Origin: Minisyncoccota bacterium
Lineage (GTDB): Bacteria > Patescibacteriota > Minisyncoccia > Phycocordibacterales > UBA5272
Length of the DNA stretch: 64,000 bases
Assembly: GCA_041651055.1 (NCBI GenBank)
Contig: JBAZJW010000001.1
Span: forward strand, 691,702 to 755,701
Direction: 5' to 3'
The notes beneath the pieces were generated by a model. The model was not told the origin of the DNA. It worked only from the letters and a program-made list of their open reading frames with translations, and did not search any database. The position numbers were made by a program, and so were the translations under genes. How positions within the stretch are numbered: the stretch's first letter is position 1; each line of letters opens with the position of its first letter. Below are positions 47,679 through 57,127 of the stretch, piece after piece.

Positions 47679-49481
47679 ATGGAAATACGAAACTTCTCAA
47701 TCATTGCCCATATTGACCACGGCAAGTCGACCTTAGCGGATCGGCTTTTGGAGGTGACTGCGACTATTGATAAGCGTCACATGAAGGAACAGGTGTTAGA
47801 TAATATGGAACTTGAACGCGAACGTGGAATCACTATTAAAATGACGCCGGTGCGTATGAATTGGAAGGATTCTTCCGGTAAAGAATATATTCTGAATCTC
47901 ATCGATACTCCAGGACACATCGACTTTTCGTATGAAGTATCGCGAGCCCTCCAAGCGGTAGAAGGAACACTTCTTCTCGTGGATTCGACCCAGGGTGTAC
48001 AAGCGCAGACGCTTACCACACTTGAAATGGCGAAGAACTCTGGTCTTACGATTATTCCTGTTATCACCAAGATAGATAGTCCACTCGCTGAGATTGATGA
48101 AGTGAAAGAAGAAATTATCAGACTTCTCGGCTGTAAAGAAAGTGATATTCTCGCGGTATCAGGAAAGACTGGCGAAGGTGTACTGGCCCTCATCGAAGAG
48201 ATCGTAAAAAGAATTCCTGCTCCAAAAAGTGAATTCATAGCCGCGGAAGGGAATCAAACACGTGCGCTTATTTTTGACTTTGAATACAGCAATCACATGG
48301 GGGTTATTTTGTATGTGCGTGTGCTCGATGGAAATGTAAAAGCGGGGGACACATTACTCTTTGCACAATCAAAAGCAAAATTTATCATACGAGAAGTGGG
48401 AACCTTTTCTCCTGCGAAAAAAGAAGCGAGCCTGGTGGGTGCTGGTGAGATCGGTTACATCGTGACAGGAATCAAAGAGCCAGGTATCGCGCGTGTTGGA
48501 GATACAGTGACCACATTCTCGAAGCCACTCCCTGCGTTTCCTGGATATGCTGAACCGGTACCTATTGTGTTCGCATCTATTTATCCAGAGTCACAAGATG
48601 AATTCGATGACTTGCGATCTAGTCTTTCGAAATTAAAACTTTCTGATTCATCGCTTACGTTTGAAGAAGAATCTTCTGGTGCGCTTGGCCGTGGATTTCG
48701 TTGCGGATTCCTCGGTATGCTTCACTTGGAAATTGTGACTGAGCGACTTCGTCGAGAATTCGATCAAGAGCTCGTGGTGACGACACCGTCTATTACCTAT
48801 GAAGTGACGCTCAAAAATGGTGACGTAGAAATGGTGTATACGCCGATTCATTTTCCAGATCATGGATCATTTATTTCTGTGCGTGAACCATGGATTATTT
48901 TGACACTCATTACGCCGCATGATTATGTGAGTCCTCTCATGCAACTCTTTCCACCGCATGAAGCAGAGGTTATAGATTTAAGTGACTGGGGGCATAACAG
49001 AGTACGTATACAACTCAACATGCCACTTCGTGAACTCATGCGCAACTTTTTCAATGAAGTAAAATCTGCGTCGAGTGGGTATGCGTCTATTGTTTACGAA
49101 AAAGGTGAAATGAAGAAAGCTGATGTGACGAGACTTGATGTCTATGTGGCCGAAGAACGTGTCACGGCATTTTCTCGTGTGATACCGGTATATCGTGCCC
49201 GTGAAGAAAGTGAAGAAGTAGTAGATAAATTAGAGAAAATACTTCCCGTTGAAATGTTCCGTGTGAAAATCCAAGCGTATGTGGATGGACGAATTGTCGC
49301 CTCGAGATCCATTGCTCCGATGAAGAAGGATGTGACAGGATATATGTACGGAGGAGACATTACACGAAAGATGAAGTTGCGCGATAAACAAAAGAAAGGG
49401 AAGGACAGAATGCAGCGAGAGGGAAAGGTACATATTTCGCATGACACATTTTTATCGATGATGAAGCCAGGAGAAAAATAA
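47679..49481 (+). CDS. lepA: Elongation factor 4 (LepA)
   Basis: IRNFSIIAHIDHGKSTLADRLL G1 and the LepA-specific C-terminal domain. Start set at MEIRNFSII; the ORF-track 5' extension lacks similarity. Confidence 0.9.
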   Translation: MEIRNFSIIAHIDHGKSTLADRLLEVTATIDKRHMKEQVLDNMELERERGITIKMTPVRMNWKDSSGKEYILNLIDTPGHIDFSYEVSRALQAVEGTLLLVDSTQGVQAQTLTTLEMAKNSGLTIIPVITKIDSPLAEIDEVKEEIIRLLGCKESDILAVSGKTGEGVLALIEEIVKRIPAPKSEFIAAEGNQTRALIFDFEYSNHMGVILYVRVLDGNVKAGDTLLFAQSKAKFIIREVGTFSPAKKEASLVGAGEIGYIVTGIKEPGIARVGDTVTTFSKPLPAFPGYAEPVPIVFASIYPESQDEFDDLRSSLSKLKLSDSSLTFEEESSGALGRGFRCGFLGMLHLEIVTERLRREFDQELVVTTPSITYEVTLKNGDVEMVYTPIHFPDHGSFISVREPWIILTLITPHDYVSPLMQLFPPHEAEVIDLSDWGHNRVRIQLNMPLRELMRNFFNEVKSASSGYASIVYEKGEMKKADVTRLDVYVAEERVTAFSRVIPVYRAREESEEVVDKLEKILPVEMFRVKIQAYVDGRIVASRSIAPMKKDVTGYMYGGDITRKMKLRDKQKKGKDRMQREGKVHISHDTFLSMMKPGEK

Positions 49482-49528
49482 CAGAAGAAGCTAAAAGACG
49501 GAAGCCGTACGGATGCTATACTCTTCCT

Positions 49529-50080
49529 ATGCAAAAACTTACATTTATTACAGGAAATGAAATGAAGGCGAAACAGTTAAGCGATCATTTTCATTTTCCT
49601 GTTGATCATATGAAGCTTGATTTACCTGAGATTCAATCGCTTGATGTTGAGGAGGTTGTTATCGATAAGGCTCGCCGTGCATACGCTATTGTGAAATCGC
49701 CCGTTCTTGTAGAAGACGTATCTTTTACATTAAATGCACTCGGTTCACTTCCCGGTCCGCTTATCAAGTGGTTTCTTCAATCAATGGGAAATAGCGAGCT
49801 TTGCAAATTACTTGATGGGCATGAAGATAGATCTGCAACCGCAGAAGTTTGTTTTGGCTTTTGTGATGGGGACAAAGTTCATGTTTTTAAAGGTACAAGG
49901 AAAGGGGTGGTTACAAAGTCTCCTCGTGGTGTGGCGGGTTTTGGTTTTGACCCTATTTTTATACCAGAAGGATTTACCAAGACCTGGGGAGAGATGAATG
50001 AAGAAGAAGGAAGAGAGTCTTCAATGAGAAGGTTGGCTTTAGAGAAGCTTAGTGTGTTTTTAGCAGACTACAACAAGTAG
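49529..50080 (+). CDS. rdgB: Non-canonical purine NTP pyrophosphatase (Ham1/RdgB family)
   Basis: MQKLTFITGNEMKAKQ N-terminus, FGFDPIFIPEG motif. Confidence 0.85.
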   Translation: MQKLTFITGNEMKAKQLSDHFHFPVDHMKLDLPEIQSLDVEEVVIDKARRAYAIVKSPVLVEDVSFTLNALGSLPGPLIKWFLQSMGNSELCKLLDGHEDRSATAEVCFGFCDGDKVHVFKGTRKGVVTKSPRGVAGFGFDPIFIPEGFTKTWGEMNEEEGRESSMRRLALEKLSVFLADYNK

Positions 50081-50088
50081 TACAAGGT

Positions 50089-50604
50089 ATGGAATATTTT
50101 TCAATTATTAAAGACTCAGATATTTTTGAGAATCCTTTACCAGAACCGGAGGGGTATACTTCTCGTCCCACAGTGAAAGGTATTGTTTCTGATGCTGATG
50201 GTGCTATCAGTGTTCTCACTATTCACGGTCGTAGTCTTTTCCCAGGAGGAGGGGTTGAAGACGGAGAGACATTTGAAGAGGCTTTTGTACGTGAATGCAA
50301 AGAAGAAATTGGGTGTGATATAAAAATTATCTCTTCGCTTGGTTCCGCTCTTGAATTTCGTAACAAAGATGCTAAGAAGTATGAGGTTCACTTCTTTGTC
50401 GCTCATGTGATTGGTGAGAAAGGAATACCCACAACAACACAGGAAAATGAACAGGGTGTTACCATAGAATGGCTTTCAAAAGAAATAATCTCCACAAGAC
50501 TGGCAACACAAGAAGCAACATTGGCACAGGACGTGTATATGCCATACTTTGCAACTCGTACGCATTTCTCGGCACTTCAAAAGTTTTTAGAAACCTGTGA
50601 GTAA
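50089..50604 (+). CDS. NUDIX hydrolase
   Basis: NUDIX box GGGVEDGETFEEAFVRECKEEIGCD. Confidence 0.8.
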   Translation: MEYFSIIKDSDIFENPLPEPEGYTSRPTVKGIVSDADGAISVLTIHGRSLFPGGGVEDGETFEEAFVRECKEEIGCDIKIISSLGSALEFRNKDAKKYEVHFFVAHVIGEKGIPTTTQENEQGVTIEWLSKEIISTRLATQEATLAQDVYMPYFATRTHFSALQKFLETCE

Positions 50605-50860
50605 AGAGAATACAAAAGAGCGATGCCTGTGGCATCGCTCTTTTGTGCTACTGACCATAGACTATCGTCTATTGACCACCAGTCGTCACTAGCGGAACAA
50701 TGAAACAACTGAGAATCCAACCATACCAATAATGGCAATGATTGAAACGACAGCCCAGACACGGTGAACCAGTTTTCTATTTTTTCCTGTGAAAATCATA
50801 TGTGTTAGTACCAGATTAACTTTTTGAGTATGGTATTATGAATACAATCTTACCTCATTT

Positions 50861-51250
50861 ATGCGCGAATATCAACACAAGTATATGGTGCGAACGCTCC
50901 TCTACTCGAGGGTGACTATCGTAATCTTGTTTGTGTTATGTATTCTTTTGCTTCGTTCAATTATGGAGCTTAACGATAAACGAATAGAAGTTACGAAGCT
51001 TCGTAACGATTCAGCGGCGGAGAAGGCATTGCTCGAAGACAAGGTCGCAAAAGCGAAGGAAAAGAATGACATCATTGCTACTCCTCGTGGCTTTGAAAGT
51101 TACGTACGTACGACGTATCCCGTCGTAAAGGAAGGAGAAGGCGTGATTGTTATTTATGATGGTGACAAGGGCCTTGTAAGCCCTGTACGTGAGGATATGA
51201 CGGTCTGGGAGAGATTTATTCTCTTTTGGCGACGAATGACAAGTAAGTAG
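50861..51250 (+). CDS. Hypothetical bitopic protein, possibly FtsB/DivIC-like septal coiled-coil protein
   Basis: TM helix followed by a coiled-coil-prone stretch (ELNDKRIEVTKLRNDSAAEKALLEDKVAKAKEKND); weak assignment. Confidence 0.35.
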   Translation: MREYQHKYMVRTLLYSRVTIVILFVLCILLLRSIMELNDKRIEVTKLRNDSAAEKALLEDKVAKAKEKNDIIATPRGFESYVRTTYPVVKEGEGVIVIYDGDKGLVSPVREDMTVWERFILFWRRMTSK

Positions 51251-51277
51251 TATTTCATTTGCGTATTTTCTAAAAAC

Positions 51278-51583
51278 TTGAAACTTAAAACTCTCCTGAT
51301 ATACTGGCCTCATATGGATACACAAAATACTCAAACACAAGGAACTCAAACAGTTGAAATTTATAGTACGGCATCATGTCACTTTTGTCATATGGCAAAG
51401 GATTGGATGGCAGCAAAAAATATTCCTTTCAAGGATTACAATGTCGGTGAAGATTTAGTAAAGCGAAAGGAAATGGTGGAGATGACGGGTCAGCTCGGTG
51501 TGCCGGTTATCAAAATAGGGGACGAAGTGATGATTGGATTTAATCAGGAGAAAATGGCGCAGTTACTCGGGGTAGCGGTATAA
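51278..51583 (+). CDS. Glutaredoxin-like protein (NrdH/Grx family)
   Basis: VEIYSTASCHFCHMAKDWM CxxC in a thioredoxin fold; GVPVIKIGDEVMIGF. Possible true start at MDTQNT (51314). Confidence 0.75.
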   Translation: MKLKTLLIYWPHMDTQNTQTQGTQTVEIYSTASCHFCHMAKDWMAAKNIPFKDYNVGEDLVKRKEMVEMTGQLGVPVIKIGDEVMIGFNQEKMAQLLGVAV

Positions 51584-51612
51584 GTCAAAAAGGTATCATA
51601 TATGTGTAAAAT

Positions 51613-51643
51613 AAAACCAGTCGAAAGACTGGTTTTATTTTTG
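51613..51643. terminator. Rho-independent terminator (palindromic, usable on both strands)
   Basis: AAACCAGTC-GAAA-GACTGGTTT followed by TATTTTTG; identical hairpin recurs inverted at 53441..53463. Confidence 0.7.
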
Positions 51644-51794
51644 TCTTTATCCAGGCTCGGCTATGAGTTTCATCTTGTCGCTCTTAGCTCCTTGAACTGT
51701 ACCCATTCAGCTTATTGTAGGACACGCAGATATCGTACTGTCCAAGCACAAAATACAAAAAGCGATATCATATGACATCGCTTTTTGTATTTTG

Positions 51795-51867
51795 TGCTTG
51801 GACCCAGGCTCGAACTGGGGACCTATTCCTCTTCAGGGAAGCGCTCTACCAACTGAGCTATCCAAGC
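51795..51867 (-). tRNA. tRNA-Phe (anticodon GAA)
   Basis: Minus-strand fold: acceptor GCTTGGA/TCCAAGC, D GCTC-AGTTGGTA-GAGC, anticodon loop CTGAAGA, T-arm CCCAG-TTCGAGC-CTGGG, discriminator A. Confidence 0.8.
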
Positions 51868-52116
51868 ATATTTTTTAATTATATCACCGACACACAATGT
51901 GCACGTTTGAATAGTAGTTACCAACCGGGTCGAAAGTTTGTTAACTTTCGACATCTTCGAAGCCAAGCTTCTCGAGTCACCCAAGCATATTTATTTGAAA
52001 CGGGCTTCTGTATATACTTTATTTCTCTTTCCTTTTTACTGTTGCCTGTCTTTACACTTCTCTATCCTATCATAAAATAATCCTTCAAGGAAGAAGGCTT
52101 TATTATTAAAAGGTAA

Positions 52117-52443
52117 CTATTGAGGAGTGCTGGTTGCTACCGTTTTTACACCTTGAAATACCTGATCAAATAGCCTTGATTCTGGAAGCTGAGCACGCAA
52201 TACATCAAACTGTTTAAGAGTTTCTTCAATTTTACTTTTGTTATCTGCGACACTCGTAATAACAGGACGCAAGTAGTAGTACGCTCCTCCCAAAGCCCCA
52301 AGGATAATGAGCCAATACAAAAATCGAAATGTGTTCGCAATATGCTGCTGTCTTCGCATACTACGAAGTATCATATTGTTTTGAAGAGTCATCTCGTACA
52401 CCTCTTCTAGTTTTTCTTGGTTACTCAAATCTGATCCTGACAT
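52117..52443 (-). CDS. Hypothetical small membrane protein
   Basis: 108 aa, one TM helix; no motif. Confidence 0.4.
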   Translation of the reverse strand: MSGSDLSNQEKLEEVYEMTLQNNMILRSMRRQQHIANTFRFLYWLIILGALGGAYYYLRPVITSVADNKSKIEETLKQFDVLRAQLPESRLFDQVFQGVKTVATSTPQ

Positions 52444-52508
52444 TACTCATAAGTATACCGCATATCACGACCTCACCAAGTGCATAAAATATGCTAGAAT
52501 CTTCACAC

Positions 52509-52580
52509 GCCCTCGTAGTTCAATGGATAGAACAGTTTCGTCCTAAGAAATTGATGTGGGTCCGATTCCTGCCGAGGGCA
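52509..52580 (+). tRNA. tRNA-Arg (anticodon CCT) with atypical T-arm
   Basis: Acceptor GCCCTCG/CGAGGGC, D GTTC-AATGGATA-GAAC, anticodon stem GTTTC/GAAAT with loop GTCCTAA. T-stem GTGGG/CCTGC has two G-U pairs, and the T-loop is TCCGATT (C at the usually invariant U55). Confidence 0.6.
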
Positions 52581-52765
52581 CTATAAGTAAAACACCTTCA
52601 AGTAATCTTGTGGGTGTTTTACTTATAGCTGTTTATAGGAACAAGTTAGCCTGCGCTGACTTGTGACAGGAATCGGATACGGGGTCGAGGAGTCTCCTGT
52701 TTCGAGTGAAGCGAGAAACGAGACGAGGTGACCGAAAATGTACTCATGGTTCCTGCCGAGGGCAC
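52581..52765 (+). repeat. tRNA-Arg-associated element A: 16-bp perfect hairpin, CUGC-loop hairpin, 68-nt conserved core, then 16-bp direct repeat of the tRNA 3' end
   Basis: Hairpin CTATAAGTAAAACACC...GGTGTTTTACTTATAG at 52581..52628; GTTAGC-CTGC-GCTGAC at 52645..52660; core at 52666..52733; ttcctgccgagggcac at 52566..52581 and again at 52750..52765. Confidence 0.75.
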
Positions 52766-52845
52766 AGTCATGTGAGATAGACCGAGAGGTCTAAGTTTCT
52801 TCAAAATTACCTTAATAACTATTATTAAGGTAAAATTGGTAGTAT

Positions 52846-53373
52846 ATGAAATTCCAAAAAGACATTCTTATTATAGATTTTGAAGGACGAAAAAATCCTG
52901 TGCAAATCGGTGCTGTTCTTCTCGACAAAGAAACACTGGAAGAAAAAGATAGTTTTGTCACATACATTTATGCAGACCTAGAGGGTGATACAGTTCTAAA
53001 ATCGGGTATTACTCAAGAGATGATTAATAATGCCCCCAAACAAGAAGAAGTTGGTAAAATGTTGTATGAAAAGTTTGGGACAGATATTTTTATTGCCTCA
53101 TGGGTACAGAACTTAGATATAACTCACTTTACAAAATTACTTTCCGCCTCCGGTATAGATTTTACTGAAGGAAGAACAAGCTTCACAAAATATGATTTTC
53201 ATATTTTAGATATATGGCCAGCTGCCTATATTCACGCGATAAAGAATGGCTATAAAGGTGGTGTAAATTCAGAAGAAATGTTTCAATACTTTGGAGCAAA
53301 ACCAAGGGGGTTACACAGTGCACTAGAAGATTGCAGAATCACGGCAGAAGTTTTGAGAAAAATCACTTTGTGA
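52846..53373 (+). CDS. DEDDh-family 3'-5' exonuclease (DnaQ/RNase T-like)
   Basis: Exo I ILIIDFEG, Exo III HSALEDCRITAEV; 175 aa. Confidence 0.65.
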   Translation: MKFQKDILIIDFEGRKNPVQIGAVLLDKETLEEKDSFVTYIYADLEGDTVLKSGITQEMINNAPKQEEVGKMLYEKFGTDIFIASWVQNLDITHFTKLLSASGIDFTEGRTSFTKYDFHILDIWPAAYIHAIKNGYKGGVNSEEMFQYFGAKPRGLHSALEDCRITAEVLRKITL

Positions 53374-53440
53374 ACATAATAACACATGCTAAGTTTTCTA
53401 GAAATATACCCCTGACCGAGGTGGGGAACAAGTAAAACTA

Positions 53441-53463
53441 AAACCAGTCTTTCGACTGGTTTT
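53441..53463. terminator. Terminator hairpin, inverted identical copy of 51614..51635
   Basis: AAACCAGTC-TTTC-GACTGGTTT flanked by A/T runs; lies between convergent genes 52846..53373(+) and 53595..54143(-). Confidence 0.65.
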
Positions 53464-53594
53464 AATGTATATATCGATTTAGTCAGAAATTGTCCTAGAT
53501 GCTAGGCGTGGGAAAAGTTTTGTCGGAGACGTACGAATAGTACGTTGACTGAAAAACTTGGGGCCCACAACAACGCAGATGGGATAATTTATGG

Positions 53595-54143
53595 CTAAAT
53601 ACTCTTTACTTTCAATTTCGTTTGACGTGCCTTATCCACCTTCGGTAATCTAATGATAAGCAATCCATGTTTCTCGACTGCCTCGGCTTCTTCGATCTCT
53701 ACTTCATGTGGAAGGAGAATCGTACGAGTGAACGTTCCCCAATAGAGCTCCTTGTAGAAATAATCATCGTGAGTCACCTGTGTGTTGCCATCGCGACGTC
53801 CTTTAATGGTAACCATATCGCGTGTAATAGAAAGATGAAGGTCTTCTGGTTTTACACCAGCGACCATGGCTTCAATGATAATTTCACTTGGTGTCTGATA
53901 CACGTCGACAGAAAGTTCTCCCTCTTCTAGATCAGGATCAACTTCTTCCATATCTTCATCGAGACTAATATGTCGTGCCTTTGGGCGAGTTGCAGGTACT
54001 TCTGCTTTTTTACCTACATGCTTGATAGGCACTTCCTCCATGTCTTCGTCATCTTCTTGTACGAAGTCAACCTGATCGTCTTCATCGTCAACACTTATTG
54101 AACCAGCGAGACGTTCGAAGAATGATTTTTTTTCTTTAAGCAT
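53595..54143 (-). CDS. Small heat-shock protein (Hsp20/alpha-crystallin) with acidic N-terminal extension
   Basis: Alpha-crystallin domain (..TILLPHEVEIEEAEAVEKHGLLIIRLPK). Confidence 0.8.
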   Translation of the reverse strand: MLKEKKSFFERLAGSISVDDEDDQVDFVQEDDEDMEEVPIKHVGKKAEVPATRPKARHISLDEDMEEVDPDLEEGELSVDVYQTPSEIIIEAMVAGVKPEDLHLSITRDMVTIKGRRDGNTQVTHDDYFYKELYWGTFTRTILLPHEVEIEEAEAVEKHGLLIIRLPKVDKARQTKLKVKSI

Positions 54144-54254
54144 AAATAAATATTACCAGTTAGATGTGTATGCACGCAGTATACCTCTAGTGTTGTCAAT
54201 AAAGGTGAAAAGTTATACACATGTACAGTAGTGGAGAGTGAAGAGGAGAGAGTC

Positions 54255-54290
54255 CAGAGTAAAATACAAGCGGCGCCGTAGGCGCCGCTT
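54255..54290 (-). terminator. Terminator hairpin downstream of valS (minus strand)
   Basis: ACAAGCGGCGCC-GTAG-GCGCCGCTTGT, 12-bp perfect stem. Confidence 0.6.
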
Positions 54291-54343
54291 GTATTAATGT
54301 TCTCTCTTGTCTCTTTCCTGTCAACTCTAGATTTATTAATAAT

Positions 54344-56536
54344 TTACCAATTGGTAATTATTAATAAATCGTCCTCGTCTTTCTTAATGTACTTCCAAAT
54401 TTCTTCTGTGATGAACGGCATGAATGGATGAAGTACAATGATTTGTTCACGAAGCAATGTTACAAGAAGTGTTTGCGCACTCGCTTTATCCTTATCTTCT
54501 ACGATGCGTACTTTGTGTGATTCAATAATCTGGTCACAAAATGTCTTCCAGAAGTAGTCGTATATCTTTTGTGAAGCCAAATGTAGGCGATAATTATCAA
54601 GATCAGAGGTAATATCCGCTTTTACTTCTCGCCAAGCATCATACAGTGCCTTGTCTTCCGCAATAAGTTCTACAGAAGTTTCGAAGTCTGTTGTCTTCTC
54701 AAACACAAAGCGTGTGGCATTCCAGATTTTATTGGCAAAGAGTTTGTACGCTTTTACTTTATCTTCCCCCAACTTCAAATCGTTCCCAGGACCATTTCCT
54801 ACAAGAAGGGCCATGCGAAGCGCGTCCGTTCCATATTTCGCAGTGAGGTCGCGAGGGTCAAGTACGTTTCCAAGTGATTTACTCATCTTACGTCCTTGCG
54901 TATCACGCACGAGTCCATGAAGGTATGCATGTTTAAATGGAACCTCGTTGAGTGCATAGGTTGAAAAGAGAATCATGCGTGCAACCCAGAAGAAAATAAT
55001 GTCGTGACCAGTTTCAAGTAGGTCTGTCGGATGGAATGTTTCCATATCTTTTGTTTTCTCTGGCCAACCAAGTGTTGAGAATGTCCACATACCAGAAGAG
55101 AACCATGTATCTAATGTGTCTTCGTCCTGTGCCCAGCCATCTCCCTCCGGAGGGTTAACTCCACAGTAGAGTTCTTTTGCGTTTTGCATCTCGCTTCCAG
55201 CTTCCAGCTTCTCACTGCTAGCTTCTCCCTGTCTATACCAAACAGGAATTCGATGTCCATACCAAATCTGACGAGAAATACACCAGTCGCGAAGATTTTC
55301 TATCCAGTGGAAATATACTTTTTCGAATCTATCTGGAATGATTGTTGTTCCTTTGCTTTCGACAGCTTCACGCATGAGATTCTTCAGTGTCGTTTCTTTA
55401 CCGAAATGAAGGAATGGTTTATTTACAGCGACGAACCATTGGAGTTTTGGTAATGGTTCTATAACACCGCCTGTTCGTTCCGCCGTAGGAATGTTTTGGG
55501 TTACCTCTTCTTCATTAATGAGTAAGTTATTTTCACGAAGCCAGTTCACGATGTAGTCGCGAGCATCGTTCACTTTTTTGCCATTTAATTCTTCATTCTT
55601 TAGTCCGTACATTTTGGCGTACTCATTAATTACTTGTCGTGAAGGTAAATCATGGCGGTCTTTTATTTCCCAGTCGATAGCACTGTGTGCAGGGGTCACG
55701 CCGAGAGCTCCTGTTCCGAAGTCTTTTTCAACAGCTTCGTCTGCGATCACTTTGATGGTAATGGGACATCCCGCGAATATACATTCATATGTCTTACCGA
55801 CGTATTCTTTGTATCGTTCATCATCTGGATGCACCGCCACAGCTACGTCACCAACTTTTGTTTCCGGTCGTGTTGAAGAAATAGCGATAGGGAAGTCAGC
55901 ACTGTACTTGAAGGTATACATAACACCTTTTCGTTCTTCAGCAACAGTTTCATCGTCTGAGATAGTCGTCTGACCTTTCGGATCCCAGTTTACAATACGT
56001 TCTCCACGATAAATAAGTCCATCATCGTACATTTTTTTGAACATCGTACGTACGGCGAGGTTACGTGTATCATCTAAGGTGAAAGCGAGACGTGACCAGT
56101 CGAGTGATGCCCCCATGCTTTTGGTTTGCGAAAGAATCGTGTTTTGACTTTCAAGAGCAAACGCGTTGATACGTGTAAGCATTTCTTCACGACCAATATC
56201 ATGACGAGATTTTCCTTCTTCCTTGAGAAGCTTCTTTTCTACGACGGACTGTGTCGCGATAGCAGCATGATCTGTTCCTGGAAGCCAGAGTGTTTTGTAG
56301 CCTTGCATACGCTTAAACCTCACAAGAGTATCTTGAATAGCGAGCATAATAGCGTGACCCGTATGAAGTGTTCCAGTGACGTTCGGTGGAGGGAGGATGA
56401 CGGTATACGCTTCTTTTCTTTCGCCCGGTAAATTATCAGGATTAAAGTACCCGCTCTTTTCCCACATGTCATAGAGCGGCGCTTCGACAGATGTTGCGTC
56501 GAATGGTTTGGTTAATGATTCTGGAACTTGTTTCAT
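54344..56536 (-). CDS. valS: Valine--tRNA ligase (compact, about 730 aa, no long C-terminal coiled coil)
   Basis: HIGH-type PPPNVTGTLHTGHA and KMSKS; start placed at MKQVPESLTKPF (second Met of the ORF-track frame). Confidence 0.9.
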   Translation of the reverse strand: MKQVPESLTKPFDATSVEAPLYDMWEKSGYFNPDNLPGERKEAYTVILPPPNVTGTLHTGHAIMLAIQDTLVRFKRMQGYKTLWLPGTDHAAIATQSVVEKKLLKEEGKSRHDIGREEMLTRINAFALESQNTILSQTKSMGASLDWSRLAFTLDDTRNLAVRTMFKKMYDDGLIYRGERIVNWDPKGQTTISDDETVAEERKGVMYTFKYSADFPIAISSTRPETKVGDVAVAVHPDDERYKEYVGKTYECIFAGCPITIKVIADEAVEKDFGTGALGVTPAHSAIDWEIKDRHDLPSRQVINEYAKMYGLKNEELNGKKVNDARDYIVNWLRENNLLINEEEVTQNIPTAERTGGVIEPLPKLQWFVAVNKPFLHFGKETTLKNLMREAVESKGTTIIPDRFEKVYFHWIENLRDWCISRQIWYGHRIPVWYRQGEASSEKLEAGSEMQNAKELYCGVNPPEGDGWAQDEDTLDTWFSSGMWTFSTLGWPEKTKDMETFHPTDLLETGHDIIFFWVARMILFSTYALNEVPFKHAYLHGLVRDTQGRKMSKSLGNVLDPRDLTAKYGTDALRMALLVGNGPGNDLKLGEDKVKAYKLFANKIWNATRFVFEKTTDFETSVELIAEDKALYDAWREVKADITSDLDNYRLHLASQKIYDYFWKTFCDQIIESHKVRIVEDKDKASAQTLLVTLLREQIIVLHPFMPFITEEIWKYIKKDEDDLLIITNW

Positions 56537-56596
56537 ATATATGTAGTATGGTAGGCTAAACGCTATTGTTATATACATTCATACTACCATAAAGCC

Positions 56597-57127
56597 ATGC
56601 TAAGCAAACAGTCAACCCTCCTCAAAAAAGGATCAAAGAAAGTCATCGAAAAAGTGAAGAAACTCTCGCCGAATACTAAGCAATTACCAGACCACCACTT
56701 TAAGGCAGTGAAAGTGAAGCGTGGATTGGATGGGCTCGGTCTTTTTGCAGAAGAACAAATCAAAAAAGGGGAAATGATTATCGAATATATCGGCAATATT
56801 CTTACCAAAGAAGAGGCGGATAAGAAGACGACAAGTCAGTATCTTTTTGAGGTGAGTAGAAATAAAACTATTGACGGAACGCCGAGATGGAATATTGCAC
56901 GATATTGTAATCATGCGTGCAACGAAGCGGCGAATGCCGAGAGTGATATCACAAAGGGTCGCGTCATCATTAAGGCGATCAAGACCATTAATATAGGCGA
57001 TGAGATTGTGTATGATTACGGAGAAGAGTTTGTGAAAGAGCACATCGCACCGCACGGATGTCGATGTAAAGCAAAAAAGCACGCGTATGGAATGGAGGGA
57101 GGAGATGAGTCAGATGTTAGAAATTAG
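56597..57127 (+). CDS. SET-domain protein-lysine methyltransferase
   Basis: GLGLFAEEQIKKGEMIIEYIG, NHACNEAAN (NHSC-type motif), GDEIVYDYGEEF, and post-SET-like CRCKAK cysteines. Confidence 0.75.
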   Translation: MLSKQSTLLKKGSKKVIEKVKKLSPNTKQLPDHHFKAVKVKRGLDGLGLFAEEQIKKGEMIIEYIGNILTKEEADKKTTSQYLFEVSRNKTIDGTPRWNIARYCNHACNEAANAESDITKGRVIIKAIKTINIGDEIVYDYGEEFVKEHIAPHGCRCKAKKHAYGMEGGDESDVRN

